Notes: generated by a model not told the origin, from the sequence alone. A stretch of DNA of 64,000 nt from Alphaproteobacteria bacterium (GCA_963422645.2 CAXXVO010000014.1:192001-256000), one strand, 5' to 3'; positions 43,832-55,918 are shown, counted from the first letter of the stretch. Made by a program: numbers and translations.

Positions 43832-44689
43832 ATGGGCCACTGGACCCTTGACGACATCCCGTGGGACCAGTTCGACCGGTCGAAGCTCGACCCGGAAATG
43901 GTCAAGATTGCCAAGGCGGCGTGCATGGTGGAGCACCACAGCGCTGACTACGGCAAGTACCTCTGCGGCGTGTTTCACGACGATCCCGGCTTCTGCGCCG
44001 ATGCTCTCGCCTGGGCGCAGGAGGAGGTCCAGCATGGCGCGGCCCTGCGCCGCTATGCCGAGCTCGCCGACCCCGCGTTCGACTTCGACGCCAAGTTCGC
44101 GCGCTTCGTCGCGGGCCATCCCATCGACGTGGAGGCGAGCGAATCGATCCGGGGTTCGCGCTGCGCTGAGCTGGTGGCGCGTTGCATCGTCGAGGTCGGC
44201 ACGTCCACCTACTACAGCGTGCTGCGCGACACCGCCGAGGAGCCCGTGTTCAAGGCGATCTGCAAGCGGATCGCGGGCGACGAGTTCCGCCACTACAAGC
44301 TCTTCTACTCCAACATGAAGCGCTATCGGGATATCGAGGGCGTCGGCCGGCTTTCGCGCGCCAAGGTGGCGCTCGTGCGAATCTTCGAATCGAACGACGA
44401 CGAGCTCGCCTACGCCTACCACTGCGGTGCCGGCGAGCCCGATCCCTATGTTCGTCGCCGCACGGCACGCGCTTATGCGGGTCGCACGTTCCCGCTCTAT
44501 CGCCGCGACCACGTTCAGCGCGGGGTGGGCATGACCCTCAAGGCGATCGGCATCAAGCCGCAGGGACGGCCCGGCAGGGTCGTCGCCGCGCTGGCGTGGT
44601 GGGTGCTCAAGCTCTATGTCCGCCGTCTGGCGTGGGCAAGAGAACCGGGCGGAACTCTGCAATCACCGCTTCGTAGAGCGCCCGTTTGA
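43832..44689 (+). CDS. Ferritin-like di-iron protein (acyl-ACP desaturase-like)
   Basis: [14 protein letters not shown] and DEFRH ExxH motifs. Confidence 0.85.
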   Translation: MGHWTLDDIPWDQFDRSKLDPEMVKIAKAACMVEHHSADYGKYLCGVFHDDPGFCADALAWAQEEVQHGAALRRYAELADPAFDFDAKFARFVAGHPIDVEASESIRGSRCAELVARCIVEVGTSTYYSVLRDTAEEPVFKAICKRIAGDEFRHYKLFYSNMKRYRDIEGVGRLSRAKVALVRIFESNDDELAYAYHCGAGEPDPYVRRRTARAYAGRTFPLYRRDHVQRGVGMTLKAIGIKPQGRPGRVVAALAWWVLKLYVRRLAWAREPGGTLQSPLRRAPV

Positions 44690-45113
44690 AGGGAACCGCA
44701 TTCGCGGCCAGCTCGCCGACCGGCGACCAGCGCCAGTCGCTGAACTCCGGATGGGCCGTATCGATGTCGACGTCGGCATCGGTGCCAAGGAAGCGCGCGG
44801 CAAACCACTTCTGCTCCTGACCCCGATAGCGTCCACGCCACACGCGGTTTACCAGATAGGGCGGCAGGTCGTAGCGCAACCACTCCCGCGTTTCCGCAAG
44901 GATCTCCACCTTGTCGGGTGTAACGCCGGTCTCTTCCTCGAGCTCTCTCAACGCCGTGTCGCGAGGGTCCTCGCCCCGGTCAATCCCGCCCTGCGGCATC
45001 TGCCAGGCTTCCTGCACCATGTCGATGCGCTGGCCGACGAAGACCAGCCGCCGCGCGTTGAAGAGCAGCACGCCAACGCAGGGCCGGTAGGGGAGGCCGT
45101 CTAGAGCGTTCAT
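44607..45113 (-). CDS. rppH: RNA pyrophosphohydrolase
   Basis: [32 protein letters not shown]. Confidence 0.93.
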   Translation of the reverse strand: MNALDGLPYRPCVGVLLFNARRLVFVGQRIDMVQEAWQMPQGGIDRGEDPRDTALRELEEETGVTPDKVEILAETREWLRYDLPPYLVNRVWRGRYRGQEQKWFAARFLGTDADVDIDTAHPEFSDWRWSPVGELAANAVPFKRALYEAVIAEFRPVLLPTPDGGHRA

Positions 45114-45154
45114 GTCAGCCGGCGATGGGGCCGAGGGCCGAGCGCGGTACCGGC

Positions 45155-46459
45155 TCAGTTAACGATCGCGTTGCCGGAGAGAATGCGCGCGCCGCGCAGG
45201 TGCTCTATCGCGCGGGCGAGTTGATAGTCGTCATCCGCCGGGTCGGCCTCTACCTCGGCAGTCTTTTCCGTTGGCGGGACTGCTTCGTCCTGAATGGTGG
45301 ACCCGTCGTTGTCCAGGTGACCGCGCAGGTCCTCCTCCCGCCGCTCGGGCAACGCTTCTTCCTCCGGCTCGGGCCGAATCTGTTCGACGACGATATCCGG
45401 GTCGATCCCGTGTTCCTGGATCGAGCGGCCGGATGGCGTGTAGTAGCGTGCCGTGGTGAGGCGCAGTGCGCCTCCCCCGCTCCCGCCAAGCGGAAGCACC
45501 GTCTGCACCGAGCCTTTGCCGAACGAGCGGGTGCCGAGGATAAGCGCCCGCCCGTGATCCTGCAGTGCGCCGGCGACGATCTCCGAGGCCGAAGCCGTCC
45601 CGCTGTTGATCAGCACGACCAGTGGCAGGCCGTCGATGATGTCGCCCTCCTGCGCGTTGAAGCGGAAAATGCCGCTGGAGTCGCGACCCCTGGTCGATAC
45701 GATCTCGCCCTGCTCCAGGAAGGCATCCGAGACCGCGATCGCCTGATCGAGAAGGCCGCCGGGATTGTTGCGCAGGTCGAGCACGGCGCCCAGCACCTGA
45801 TCGCCCTGCTCGTCCCACAGGTCGCCCAGCACTCCGTCGAGATCGTCGGACGTGTGCTCCGAGAAGGTCGAAATCCGCGCAAGAATAATTTCTTCATTCA
45901 CCATTCGCGCGCGCACCGACCGAATCTTGATGACCGCACGGGTGATCGGGAACTCGAGCTCTTCCTCCACCCCGTCTCGGCGGATGGTGAGGGTAATCTC
46001 GGAGTTGGCGGGGCCGCGCATCTTGTCCACGGCCTGCTGCAGCGTGAGGCCAAGCACCGGCTCGTCGTCGAGATGGGTCACCAGGTCCCCTGCCTCGATC
46101 CCGGCGCGCTGCGCGGGCGTGTCGTCGATCGGCGCGATCACTTTGACGAGGCCGTTCTCCATCGTGACCTCGATGCCGAGGCCGCCGAACTCACCCCGCG
46201 CCTGGACCTGAACTTCCTTATAGCTCTTGGGATTGTGGTATTTCGTATGGGGGTCGAGCGAAGCGATCATGCCCTCGATGGCGGCATCGATCAGATCCGA
46301 AGGGCTCACCTCCTCGACATACTCGTCCCGAATTCTTTCGAGGATGGTGCCGAAGAGCTTGAGCTGCTCATAGGTTTCCTCGTCCTCATCGGCGACCGCA
46401 ATCGCCGGGAGGCTGATCATCATCAGGCCGGCGATGCCGGCCACCAGTAGTCTTCGCAT
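45155..46459 (-). CDS. ctpA: Carboxyl-terminal processing protease (S41)
   Basis: [40 protein letters not shown]. Confidence 0.93.
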   Translation of the reverse strand: MRRLLVAGIAGLMMISLPAIAVADEDEETYEQLKLFGTILERIRDEYVEEVSPSDLIDAAIEGMIASLDPHTKYHNPKSYKEVQVQARGEFGGLGIEVTMENGLVKVIAPIDDTPAQRAGIEAGDLVTHLDDEPVLGLTLQQAVDKMRGPANSEITLTIRRDGVEEELEFPITRAVIKIRSVRARMVNEEIILARISTFSEHTSDDLDGVLGDLWDEQGDQVLGAVLDLRNNPGGLLDQAIAVSDAFLEQGEIVSTRGRDSSGIFRFNAQEGDIIDGLPLVVLINSGTASASEIVAGALQDHGRALILGTRSFGKGSVQTVLPLGGSGGGALRLTTARYYTPSGRSIQEHGIDPDIVVEQIRPEPEEEALPERREEDLRGHLDNDGSTIQDEAVPPTEKTAEVEADPADDDYQLARAIEHLRGARILSGNAIVN

Positions 46460-46719
46460 TCCGTCCTTCGACCGTCGCGCCGGTTGCCGCATCTCAAGCC
46501 AGCGAATTATCGGGGCTACCGTCGGAAGCTGCCACGCCTGCCGCCAAGTGGCGCAGGCCAAGCAAAGGTCCATCCCGACGGTCCGCTATGCGGGGCACGC
46601 CCATGATATCTCTCTATCGGACATGATCAAATCAATATGCGCGGCCGCGTGGTCACGGCTCCGTGTGGAGCACCGCTACCGAGCCACGCCGCCGACGTTC
46701 CTCTGGCACGCCGCGGTGA

Positions 46720-47247
46720 TCACATATCGAGCGGGGCAGGGGGGAGCGGCTCCAGGGCTTGGTCATCCGCCAGTGCCGCGAGCAGGGACGCGGCGCTGGC
46801 GCCGCTGACCGGATGCCGCCATTTCGGCGCCACCTCGACAAGGGGCGCCAGCACGAATGCCCGCTCCGCAAGACGCGGGTGAGGGAGTATCAGCGCCGGC
46901 CCGTCGTCGTCGGCTTCGCGGCGAATGACCTGGCTGTGGTAATCCAGGAGATCGAGGTCGAGAGGGCGGTCCGCACCGGCGACGCTCCGCTTGCGCCCAA
47001 ACGCCGCCTCAACGGCGAGGAGGCGCGCCATGAGCGGGACGGGGGAGAGCGTCGATTCGACCCGGACCACGCCGTTGACGAACCAGGGGCCGTCGGCCGG
47101 CGGTATCGGCGCGCTGCGATACCAACGCGATTGCGCCACGGGTCGGATCCCGCCCTCGGCAAGCACCGCTAGCGCTGCGTCCAGCCCTTCGACCGGCGTG
47201 CCATGGCGCGCGGTCGGCAGGTTCGCACCGAGTGCAACCAAAATCAT
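46720..47247 (-). CDS. folK: 2-amino-4-hydroxy-6-hydroxymethyldihydropteridine diphosphokinase
   Basis: ALGANL, R.LDLDLL, LPHPRLAERAFVL. Confidence 0.93.
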   Translation of the reverse strand: MILVALGANLPTARHGTPVEGLDAALAVLAEGGIRPVAQSRWYRSAPIPPADGPWFVNGVVRVESTLSPVPLMARLLAVEAAFGRKRSVAGADRPLDLDLLDYHSQVIRREADDDGPALILPHPRLAERAFVLAPLVEVAPKWRHPVSGASAASLLAALADDQALEPLPPAPLDM

Positions 47248-47418
47248 TGCGACGAAACTTGCACTTGCACTTGTCCCTCTCCGCGGGAATCCCTAGTTAT
47301 GGTGTGCCTGCCTGGGCCTGCCTGGCGGTCGCGACAGTGTGGACGAGGGAGGGAGAACGCCACGCGGCGACGGCATGCTCTCCGGCATTCTGACTCACCT
47401 GACCGAGAAGGATAGACT

Positions 47419-48066
47419 TTGATGCAGTTCAATCCGCAGGAGCGGATCGGCCTCTTTATTGACGGCGCAAATCTCTATGCCGCGGCCCGTTCGCTCGGTT
47501 TCGACATTGACTACAAGCGCTTGCGGGAGGAGTTCGCGGGCAAGGGCCGCTTCATCCGCGCTCTCTATTACACGGCTCTCATCGAAGATCAGGAGTATTC
47601 GCCGATTCGGCCGCTGGTCGATTGGCTCGACTACAACGGCTACACCTTGGTCACGAAGCCGACCAAGGAGTTCACCGATTCCATGGGCCGCCGCAAGGTC
47701 AAAGGCGACATGGACATCGAAATCGCGGTCGACATGATGGAGTTGGCCGACGTCCTCGATCATATCGTGCTGTTTTCCGGCGACGGCGACTTTCGACGCG
47801 TGACCGAGGCGGTCCAGCGCAAGGGCGTGCTGGTAACGGTCGTCAGCACCATCCGCTCGCAGCCACCGATGATCGCCGACGAGCTGCGCCGCCAGGCCGA
47901 CAACTTCATCGAGCTGCAGGATATCGAGCCCGTGATCGCGCGCGAGGCCAAGTGGCGCAACGAGCGCGCCCGGAGCCTGCGTGAGCCGATGGAGGATGAG
48001 TACGAGGAATACGACGACGAGGGCGATGAGGAAGACATGGCCGATGAGGTCGTGCGCACGGCGTGA
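47419..48066 (+). CDS. NYN domain protein (LabA/DUF88)
   Basis: FIDGANL, KGDMDIEIAVD, FSGDGDF. Confidence 0.92.
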   Translation: MMQFNPQERIGLFIDGANLYAAARSLGFDIDYKRLREEFAGKGRFIRALYYTALIEDQEYSPIRPLVDWLDYNGYTLVTKPTKEFTDSMGRRKVKGDMDIEIAVDMMELADVLDHIVLFSGDGDFRRVTEAVQRKGVLVTVVSTIRSQPPMIADELRRQADNFIELQDIEPVIAREAKWRNERARSLREPMEDEYEEYDDEGDEEDMADEVVRTA

Positions 48067-48725
48067 GCGCGCCGACGCCGGCGCCGCCCGTACCGGATCG
48101 GGACTGCAACCAGTGCCCGAGGCTGGTCGCCTATCGTGAGGATCATCGCTTAGCAGAGCCCGATTGGCACAACGCGCCGGTCCGGAGTTTCGGTAGCCTT
48201 GACGCGCGGCTGCTGATCGTCGGCCTCGCGCCCGGCCTGCGCGGAGCCAACCGCACCGGCCGGCCCTTCACGGGCGATTTTGCCGGCGACCTGCTCTACG
48301 CGACCCTCGGCGAGTTCGGCTTCGCCGGCGGGGCCTACGGCGCCAAGACCGGCGATGGTTTGACGCTTCACGACTGCCGCATCACCAACGCCGTCCGCTG
48401 CGTGCCGCCGCAAAATCAACCCAAGGCGGCAGAAATCGCAGCCTGCCGCTCGTTCCTCACGGCGGAAATTGGGGCGATGACCCAGCTTCGCGCAATCCTC
48501 GCGTTGGGGCTGGTCGCCCACGGCGCGGTGCTGAAGGCGCTCGGTCTCCGCGCCGGTGCTTGCCGCTTCGCCCACGGCGCGGTCCATCGCCTGGATGACG
48601 GCCGCCGGCTCTTCGACAGCTACCACTGCTCGCGCCTCAACACGAACACCGGTCGCCTCACACCTGCGATGTTCGCAGATGTCTTCGCCGGAATTCGCGA
48701 CGAATTGGGAGAAGCGCGCGCCTGA
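48063..48725 (+). CDS. Uracil-DNA glycosylase (family 5-like)
   Basis: CxxCPRL, GLAPGLRGANRTGRPFTGD, SYHCS. Confidence 0.9.
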   Translation: MSAPTPAPPVPDRDCNQCPRLVAYREDHRLAEPDWHNAPVRSFGSLDARLLIVGLAPGLRGANRTGRPFTGDFAGDLLYATLGEFGFAGGAYGAKTGDGLTLHDCRITNAVRCVPPQNQPKAAEIAACRSFLTAEIGAMTQLRAILALGLVAHGAVLKALGLRAGACRFAHGAVHRLDDGRRLFDSYHCSRLNTNTGRLTPAMFADVFAGIRDELGEARA

Positions 48726-48739
48726 GCCGGCGAACTCTT

Positions 48740-49213
48740 CTACCTCCGCTCGCGGACCAGTCGTTCCTTCTGGCGCTGCCAGTCCCGCGCCTTCTCGGCG
48801 GCGCGCTTGTCGTACTTGCGTTTGCCCGAGGCCATGGCGAGCGCCACCTTGGCGATCCCGCGATCGTTGAAATAGAGGGTGAGCGGCACCAGGGTCACGC
48901 CGCCGCGGCGCAGCGCGCCCACCAGCTTCCGAATCTCCCGCTTGTGCAGCAGCAGCTTACGGGGCCGCAGGGGATCGTGATTGAAGGGGCCAGCGCCGTC
49001 GTATTGAGAGATGTGGGCGTTGATCAGAAAGACCTCGCCGCCGCGTTCGGTGGCGTAGGCATCGTTGATGTTGGCGCGACCGGCTCGGAGCGACTTGACC
49101 TCCGTTCCGGTGAGCCGGATGCCCACCTCGAAGGGGCGCTCGAGATGGTAGTCGCGGCGCGCCTTGCGGTTCTGCGCGATTCGCCGGCCGCCGGAGGCGG
49201 TCTTTTCACTCAC
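48740..49213 (-). CDS. smpB: SsrA-binding protein
   Basis: NRKARRDY, GTEVKSLR, RKLLLHKREI, YDKR. Confidence 0.96.
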   Translation of the reverse strand: MSEKTASGGRRIAQNRKARRDYHLERPFEVGIRLTGTEVKSLRAGRANINDAYATERGGEVFLINAHISQYDGAGPFNHDPLRPRKLLLHKREIRKLVGALRRGGVTLVPLTLYFNDRGIAKVALAMASGKRKYDKRAAEKARDWQRQKERLVRERR

Positions 49214-49253
49214 CCTAAGGGACCGGCCGCGGGGTGTGGCCCCGGCGCCCTGC

Positions 49254-50129
49254 TCAGTTGAGCAGGCCGACTCGGCGCATTGCCGACTCGATCCGCTCGC
49301 GGTTCGCTTCGCTCGGGGAGGTCAGCGGCAGCCTCACCTCAGGCTCGCACTTGCCGAGGAGCGACGCGGCATACTTGACCGGGATCGGGTTGCTCTCGAC
49401 GAAGAGCGTGTCGTGGAGTGGCATCAGCCGGGTGTGCCGGTCCAGCGCCTCTGCGGCATCGCCCCGCTCCCAGGCGGCGAAGAAGCCCGCGCACTGGCGC
49501 GGCGCCACGTTCGCGGTCACCGAGATGCAGCCGTCGCCGCCCTGGGCGAGGAAACCGAGAATCGTGCCGTCTTCGCCCGAGAGCTGGCAGAAATCGTCGC
49601 CGATGGCCGTCCTGGTGCGCGTGGGCCGGGCGAGGTCGGCGGTCGCGTCCTTGACGCCCACCACGTTGGGGAGCTCGGCGAGGCGCGCCATCGTCTCCAC
49701 CGACATGTCCACCACGCTCCGGCCCGGGATGTTGTAGATGATCTGCGGGATGTCCACGGCGTCGTTCACGGCTTTGTAATGGGCGTACATCCCCTCTTGC
49801 GTCGGCTTGTTGTAATAGGGCATGACCAGCAGCGCGCCGTCTGCGCCGGCGTCCTTGGCGTGGCGGGTGAGGCTGATCGCCTCTTCGGTCGAGTTCGAGC
49901 CCGTGCCGGCCACGACCGGAACCCGCCCTGCCGCGACCTCGATGCAGATCTCGGTCACCCGGTTGTGTTCCTCGTGGCTGAGGGTCGGCGACTCACCTGT
50001 GGTTCCGCAGGGCACGAGCCCGGCGGCGCCTTCCTCGATTTGCCAGTCCACGAAATCACGGTAGGCGTCTTCATCCACCTCGCCATTACGGAACGGCGTG
50101 ATCAGGGCCGTCAGATATCCCTGGAACAT
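49254..50129 (-). CDS. dapA: 4-hydroxy-tetrahydrodipicolinate synthase
   Basis: GTTGES, PYYNKP, YNIPGR, GVKDA. Confidence 0.96.
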   Translation of the reverse strand: MFQGYLTALITPFRNGEVDEDAYRDFVDWQIEEGAAGLVPCGTTGESPTLSHEEHNRVTEICIEVAAGRVPVVAGTGSNSTEEAISLTRHAKDAGADGALLVMPYYNKPTQEGMYAHYKAVNDAVDIPQIIYNIPGRSVVDMSVETMARLAELPNVVGVKDATADLARPTRTRTAIGDDFCQLSGEDGTILGFLAQGGDGCISVTANVAPRQCAGFFAAWERGDAAEALDRHTRLMPLHDTLFVESNPIPVKYAASLLGKCEPEVRLPLTSPSEANRERIESAMRRVGLLN

Positions 50130-50181
50130 GACACGCTCCCACGGTCGTGCGTTGCCGGTTCGGCGAGAATAGGTTGGCAGC

Positions 50182-52413
50182 ATGTTGGGAACAAGACCGC
50201 GTCGAGAGTCCTCACCCCTTAGCAATGCGTCGCGGGCAGTGCGCTGGGGGCTTCTTGCCCTGGCGGCGCTTATCCTGCCGCTCTTCTTCGATGCGACCGC
50301 GCATGCTGAGGCGGAGCCGCCGATGCCGCCAGCCGTGGCTAGGGCGGACGTAGCACTCTACGCAGACGCCTTCAGGGCGGCCGCGCGAAGCAACTGGGGC
50401 CGCGCCCATCGTCTGGCCCGCCGTGCCGACGACCCGCTCGGCGCCACGATCCTGCGTTGGTGGGACTACAGCAGCCCCGGCACGCGCGCCTCCTTCGCCG
50501 ACATCGCGCGCTTCATCGACGAGCACCCGGACTGGCCGGACCAGAGACTGCTGCAAATCAATGCCGAATCGGCGATGGCGAGGGGTGTCTCCGATGTGGA
50601 TGTCCTGGCCTGGTACCGCTGGCGCGATCCCATCGGCCGCGAGGGCCGCCTGCGCTATGCCGACGCCCTGCTCGGCGCCGGCCAAGAGGATCGCGCGAGG
50701 GCGCTCGTTCGCACCGCATGGATCGAGGGAAGGTTCAGTGGGCGGGAGCTGCGCGAGACCTATCGTCGCTACCGCGCGCATCTGCGGCCAGAGGATCACG
50801 TCGCCCGCCTGGAGCGCCTGGTGTGGGCCAATCACGCCCCTTCGGCGCGGCGCATGTACCGTTACGTCGACGAGGGGCGTCAGAGACTGGCTGAGGCACG
50901 GCTGACGCTCCGTGCTTACTCTGGCGGCGTGGACCGGGCGATCGCGCGGGTGCCACGCTCGCTCCGCGACGATCCGGGGCTGGTTTACGAGCGGCTGCGC
51001 TGGCGACGGAAGAAGGGCCGCGACGAGGATGCCCGCGCCCTCTTGCAGACGCCGCCGCAGGACCTCGGCCCCCGACCCAAGCTCTGGTGGCGGGAGCGCG
51101 TTATTCTCGCGCGCCGCGCCCTGGAGGACGGGCTGATCGATGAGGCCTACGCGCTGGCCTCCGGTCATGGTCAGACCGCAGCCTCGACCTATTCCGAAGC
51201 CGAGTGGCTCGCCGGGTGGCTCGCCCTTCGCTTTCTCGACGATTCGCGCGGTGCGTTTCTCCACTTCGAGCGTATGCACGGCGCGGTCACCATGCCGATC
51301 AGCCGGGCGCGCGCGGCCTATTGGGCGGGCCTCGCCGCCGCGACCCTTGGCGATCCGGAGAGCGCGGGTCTCTGGTACGGCAAGGCGGCGGCATATCCCG
51401 CCACCTTCTATGGCCAGATCGCCATTGCGCGCATCGCCTCGCCCGATGCGCCATTGATCGGTGCTGCGCCCGGTGCAGCAGCCGGCGCGACCGGCGCCCC
51501 GACGCTCAACGGCCATGCGCTATTCGCGGCCGTTCGCGTCCTGACCTTTCTCGGGCGCGACTATCTCGCCGAGCCCTTCTACAAGCGCCTGAGCACGCTT
51601 TCGCGCAACGAAGCGGATCACGCCCTGGTCTCGGCGCTCGCGCTCTCCGTCGAACGGCCCCAGCAGGCGATCCGTGCCGCCCAACATGCCGCGCGGGACG
51701 GTTACGTCTCCATCGGGCGGCTGTTTCCGCTGGTAAACGTGCCCTTCGCAAGGAATGACTCTGCCCTCGAACACGCACTGGTGCTCGCGCTGATCCGCCA
51801 GGAGAGCCGCTTCGACCGGGAGGCGCGGAGCGGCTCCGGCGCGCTCGGCCTGATGCAGCTCATGCCGAGGACGGCGCGGAGTGTCGCCCGGCGGATGGGT
51901 CTGAGCGAATCCAGCAAGCGCCTGACCTCCAACCGGGCGCACAACGTGGCACTCGGCAGCCGCTATCTGAGCGACATGCTCAAGCGCTTCGACGGTTCGT
52001 ACCTGCTGGCCGCTGCAGCCTATAATGGCGGGCCGCGAAACGTCGCCCGCTGGATTGCGGCAAACGGCGACCCCCGGCACGACCCGGATGTGGACATCAT
52101 CGACTGGATCGAAATGATCCCGCTCGCAGAGACGCGAAACTACGTGCAGCGGGTCCTCGAAGGAACGCAAGTCTACCGTTGGCAGTTCGGCCGGCGGCCG
52201 ACCGCGTCGAGCCTGGAACGCGATCTTGCACGCGGCATGTCCGAGCGCACCATGGCCGCCCATTGCGCGAGGATCGACAACGGCGAGCGGCGCGCCCACG
52301 TCGATTTTCATGCGCTCTGCCGATTTTCGCGGGGGGAGGGTATCGCTCCTGCCGACCGGCAGGCGCGCGGCGAGAGCCTCCCTTCGGGATTGCGGCGACG
52401 GAGGCGCCCATGA
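50182..52413 (+). CDS. Soluble lytic murein transglycosylase (Slt70-like)
   Basis: [29 protein letters not shown]; start uncertain. Confidence 0.9.
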   Translation: MLGTRPRRESSPLSNASRAVRWGLLALAALILPLFFDATAHAEAEPPMPPAVARADVALYADAFRAAARSNWGRAHRLARRADDPLGATILRWWDYSSPGTRASFADIARFIDEHPDWPDQRLLQINAESAMARGVSDVDVLAWYRWRDPIGREGRLRYADALLGAGQEDRARALVRTAWIEGRFSGRELRETYRRYRAHLRPEDHVARLERLVWANHAPSARRMYRYVDEGRQRLAEARLTLRAYSGGVDRAIARVPRSLRDDPGLVYERLRWRRKKGRDEDARALLQTPPQDLGPRPKLWWRERVILARRALEDGLIDEAYALASGHGQTAASTYSEAEWLAGWLALRFLDDSRGAFLHFERMHGAVTMPISRARAAYWAGLAAATLGDPESAGLWYGKAAAYPATFYGQIAIARIASPDAPLIGAAPGAAAGATGAPTLNGHALFAAVRVLTFLGRDYLAEPFYKRLSTLSRNEADHALVSALALSVERPQQAIRAAQHAARDGYVSIGRLFPLVNVPFARNDSALEHALVLALIRQESRFDREARSGSGALGLMQLMPRTARSVARRMGLSESSKRLTSNRAHNVALGSRYLSDMLKRFDGSYLLAAAAYNGGPRNVARWIAANGDPRHDPDVDIIDWIEMIPLAETRNYVQRVLEGTQVYRWQFGRRPTASSLERDLARGMSERTMAAHCARIDNGERRAHVDFHALCRFSRGEGIAPADRQARGESLPSGLRRRRRP

Positions 52414-53364
52414 GCGACGGGCGCAACGCCGCCTTGGACTTAGGAGCGCCCGGGCCGCTGCCTCAACCTGGCGACGTGTATGCGGCGGCGGCGCGTCTCG
52501 CGGGGCACGCGGTCGAGACGCCGCTGCTTCGGGCCGACGCCCTCGACGAGCAGATCGGCGGGCGCCTGCTGCTCAAGGCGGAGCCGCTTCAGCGCACCGG
52601 CTCGTTCAAGTTCCGGGGCGCCTGCAACCGGCTGCTGCAGCTCGATGCGGCAGCCAAGGCGGGCGGCGTGGTCACGTATTCCTCTGGCAACCACGCCCAG
52701 GCCGTCGCGCTAGCGGCCAGGCTGGTCGGCGTGCCGGCGGTCATCGTCATGCCGAGAGACGCGCCCGCGGTGAAGATCGCAGGCACCCGCCGCCACGGCG
52801 CCGAGGTCGTGCTCTACGACCGCGCATCCGAGGCGCGGGAGGCGCTCGGCAAGCAGATCGCCGAGGAGCGGGGAGCGACGCTGGTCAAGCCCTATGACGA
52901 CTTCGATGTCATCGCCGGCCAGGGGACGGTGGGGCACGAAATTGTCCGGCAATGCAGTGCCATCGGCTGCCGGCCCGATGCCGTGGTCGTGCCCGCCGGC
53001 GGCGGCGGGTTGATGGCCGGAACCTCGCTCGCCGTTGCCGACGCCTGGCCCGAGGCCCGCCTTCACACCGCTGAACCGCAAGGCTACGATGACCACGCCA
53101 TGTCGTTCGAACAGGGCCGCCGTGTCGGCGTATCCGGTGCACAGGGCCAGAGCTTCTGCGACGCACTCCTCGCCCCCAAGCCCGGCGCGCTCACCTTCCC
53201 GATCAATGTGGAGCGGGTGCAGAGCGGCGTCGCCGTGAGCGACGCCGAGGTCGGCGCGGCCATGCGGGCGGCGTTCATGCACCTCAAGCTCGTGGTCGAG
53301 CCGGGGGGCGCGGTGGCGCTCGCGGCCGTGCTCGCAGGCAAGATCGCTACCGCAGGGCGCACCG

Positions 53365-55842
53365 CAATGGCATTCATTTGGCGCGAAGATTGTTCCGGGG
53401 GGTTTTTTTTTGGTGGTGTCGTAACGAGTTGATTTCTTGTGTGGATTGTCGGTCTCGGCGTTTCCCGCACGAGGGGGATTGACCGGCGGCGTGTGCTTTG
53501 GCACACTGTGGCTGTCCCCCTGTCAGTGGAGCCGGCCCATGGACCCCCGCATCACCGCGCTGAAGTCGACGACCTTTTTCGGCAGACGTCTGACCCGCCG
53601 GCAGATTGCCGACATCCAGGAGACGGTGGCGCTGTTTCCGGCGATCAGCCGCAACGAGCTCGGGCACACGATCTGCGAGCATTTGAACTGGCGCGCGCCG
53701 AGCGGGCGGAACCGTGTCGCGGTCTGCCTGCGGATGCTGGAGGAGTTGGAGCGGCTGGGCATCCTGACCCTGCCGGCGCGGGACGAGGCGCAGGTGCGGG
53801 GGCCGCAGGAGGCGATGGCCCGGAGCGAGCGGACGGCGCCGGCCGCGGCGATCGCGGAGGACCTGGCCGCGCTGATGCCGCTGCGCCTGTCGATTGCGGC
53901 GGGCAAGGAGGAGGGCGGGCTGTGGAACGAGTTCGTCGCGCGCCACCACTATCTCGGGCTGCATCGTCTGGTCGGCGCGCATCTGCGCTATTTTCTCCTG
54001 GACCGCCACGGGCGGCCTCTGGGCTGCCTTCTGTTTGCCCGGGCGTCGCGCGCGGTGCCCTGCCGCGACGAGTGGATCGGGTGGCCGGCGGAAGGCTTCC
54101 GCAAGCACCTCGATCTGGTCGTGGGTCACACGCGTTTCCTGATCTTTCCCTGGGTCCGGGTCGACAACCTGGCGTCGAAAGCGCTGTCGATGGCGCTGCG
54201 CCAGCTGCCCGGCGACTGGGAGGCGCGCTTCGGAGCGCGCCCGGTTCTGGTGGAGACCTTCGTGGACCCCAGCCTCTTCGACGGCGCCTGCTACCGCGCG
54301 GCCAACTGGCGCTGTCTCGGCGAGACCGGGGGCGGCAAGGGCAAGACCCGCAAAAGCGTCTACGTCTACCCGCTGACGCCGGACTTCCGCTCGATCCTGC
54401 TCGAAGGCCCGCGGCCGGCGCGGCGCGGGAACAGGACACGGCCGGCAGCGCTGGCGCCGGACGATCCCTTCGTGGCGCTGTGGCAGGACCTGATCGGCGC
54501 ACTGGCGGCGGTGGCCGCCGATCACGACCGGGTGTGGCAGAGCCGCCGGCGGGTCCTCGACACCCTTCTCGTCATGCTCTTCATCTTCCGGCTGGCGTTC
54601 TCGAACGGCCGCGCGGGCTACGCCACGACGCTGGCCGGGCTGTGGGAGCAGTGCCGGGTCCTGGGCGTCGCACTGCCGCAGCCGGCGCCGGTCTCGGCCT
54701 CGGCGATGTGCATGGCGCGGGCCAAGGTCGACGAGGCGGTGTTCAAGACGCTGCACGCCGAGATCCTCAAGCGCGCCGACGGCCCGGCCTGGAAGGGCCA
54801 CCGCGTGTTCGCGGTCGACGGCTCCAAGCTCAACCTGCCGCGGCCGCTGCTCAAGGCCGGCTACCGCACGCCCTCCGAGGCGGCCCACTACCCGCAGGGC
54901 CTGCTGAGTTGCCTCTACCGGCTGCACGCGAACATCCCGGTGGACTTCGACCTGGTCGCGCACGGCGACGAAAGAAGGGCCGCCCTCGCCCACCTCAAGG
55001 CGCTCTCGGCCAACGACATCGTGGTCTATGACCGCGGCTACTACTCTTGGGAGATGCTGCACGCCCATGTCGCCCGCGGCCTGCACCCCGTGTTCCGGAT
55101 CAAGAAGAAGGCAGGCGCCGCCCTCGACGCCTTCATCGCCGACGGCCGCACGGACGCGCCGATCACCGTCGCTCCCGGAAAGGACACCCTGAGAAAGCTG
55201 CGCCGCAAGACGCCGCACGTCGACGCCACCCCGCTGCGCCTGCGACTGGTCCGCTACCGCATCGGCAGCACGGTCTTCATCCTCGCCACCACCCTCCTCG
55301 ACCCCAAGGCCTGGAGCGTCGCGGAACTGGCCGAGCTCTATCACGCGCGCTGGGGAATCGAGGAACTCTACAAGACCTCGAAACAGGCCATGGCCGTCGA
55401 GGCCTTCCACAGCCAGACCGAGCGCGGCGTCCGCCAGGAGCTCTTCGCCCACTTCAACCTCATCGCCATGACCCGGCTCTTCACCAACCGCAGCAACGCA
55501 AGCCTCGACGCCGAGCGCCCTGCCGACGGCAAGCCGGCGATGAAAGCCAACTTCAGCAACGGCCTCGCCACCGTCGCGCGCAACCTCGAAGCGCTGCTGC
55601 TGCGCCATACGGCGATGGTCGCCGAAACCCTCAGCCATGTCCTCTCCTGCATCAACCAGGCGCGTCAGCGCCCGCACCCCGGCCGGTCCTGCGAACGCAG
55701 GTCGCGCAAACCCCGCGGCAAGTGGGCACGCGCAAAGCGGGCCGTCGCCTGAACACCTGAACGACAGAAACGCACGCAACCGACAGCGCAAGAACACGAC
55801 TCCTTAAGTGAACAGTCGAAAACCGCTAAGTGAATGCCATTG
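53365..55842 (+). mobile_element. IS4-family element, 2478 bp
   Basis: TIR CAATGGCATTCA(T/C)TT(G/A)GCG; 10-bp TSD GGGCGCACCG at 53355-53364 and 55843-55852. Confidence 0.95.
53539..55752 (+). CDS. DUF4338/DruA-like domain fused to an IS4 DDE transposase
   Basis: N-half HHYLG, RFLIFPWV..NLASK.LS, ETFVD..GACYRAANW; C-half AVDGS, YDRGY, YHARWGIEELYK. Confidence 0.88.
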   Translation: MDPRITALKSTTFFGRRLTRRQIADIQETVALFPAISRNELGHTICEHLNWRAPSGRNRVAVCLRMLEELERLGILTLPARDEAQVRGPQEAMARSERTAPAAAIAEDLAALMPLRLSIAAGKEEGGLWNEFVARHHYLGLHRLVGAHLRYFLLDRHGRPLGCLLFARASRAVPCRDEWIGWPAEGFRKHLDLVVGHTRFLIFPWVRVDNLASKALSMALRQLPGDWEARFGARPVLVETFVDPSLFDGACYRAANWRCLGETGGGKGKTRKSVYVYPLTPDFRSILLEGPRPARRGNRTRPAALAPDDPFVALWQDLIGALAAVAADHDRVWQSRRRVLDTLLVMLFIFRLAFSNGRAGYATTLAGLWEQCRVLGVALPQPAPVSASAMCMARAKVDEAVFKTLHAEILKRADGPAWKGHRVFAVDGSKLNLPRPLLKAGYRTPSEAAHYPQGLLSCLYRLHANIPVDFDLVAHGDERRAALAHLKALSANDIVVYDRGYYSWEMLHAHVARGLHPVFRIKKKAGAALDAFIADGRTDAPITVAPGKDTLRKLRRKTPHVDATPLRLRLVRYRIGSTVFILATTLLDPKAWSVAELAELYHARWGIEELYKTSKQAMAVEAFHSQTERGVRQELFAHFNLIAMTRLFTNRSNASLDAERPADGKPAMKANFSNGLATVARNLEALLLRHTAMVAETLSHVLSCINQARQRPHPGRSCERRSRKPRGKWARAKRAVA

Positions 55843-55918
55843 GGGCGCACCGTGGTCGCGGTTCTCTCCGGCGGCAATGTGGATCCCGCCACCTTCCGGG
55901 CAGTTCTGAATCAGGGCG

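Noticed and set aside
44607-44689. 83-bp convergent overlap of the ferritin-like gene and rppH
   Set aside because: Tail-to-tail overlaps are common in high-GC genomes and both tails look non-conserved.
48740-49213. tmRNA or tRNA integration site near smpB or at the island borders
   Set aside because: No tRNA/tmRNA-like sequence or att-type direct repeats were recognised in the window.
53397-53411. G6-T9 homopolymer as a phase-variation switch
   Set aside because: It lies in the IS 5' non-coding region and there is no evidence of length variation from a single copy.
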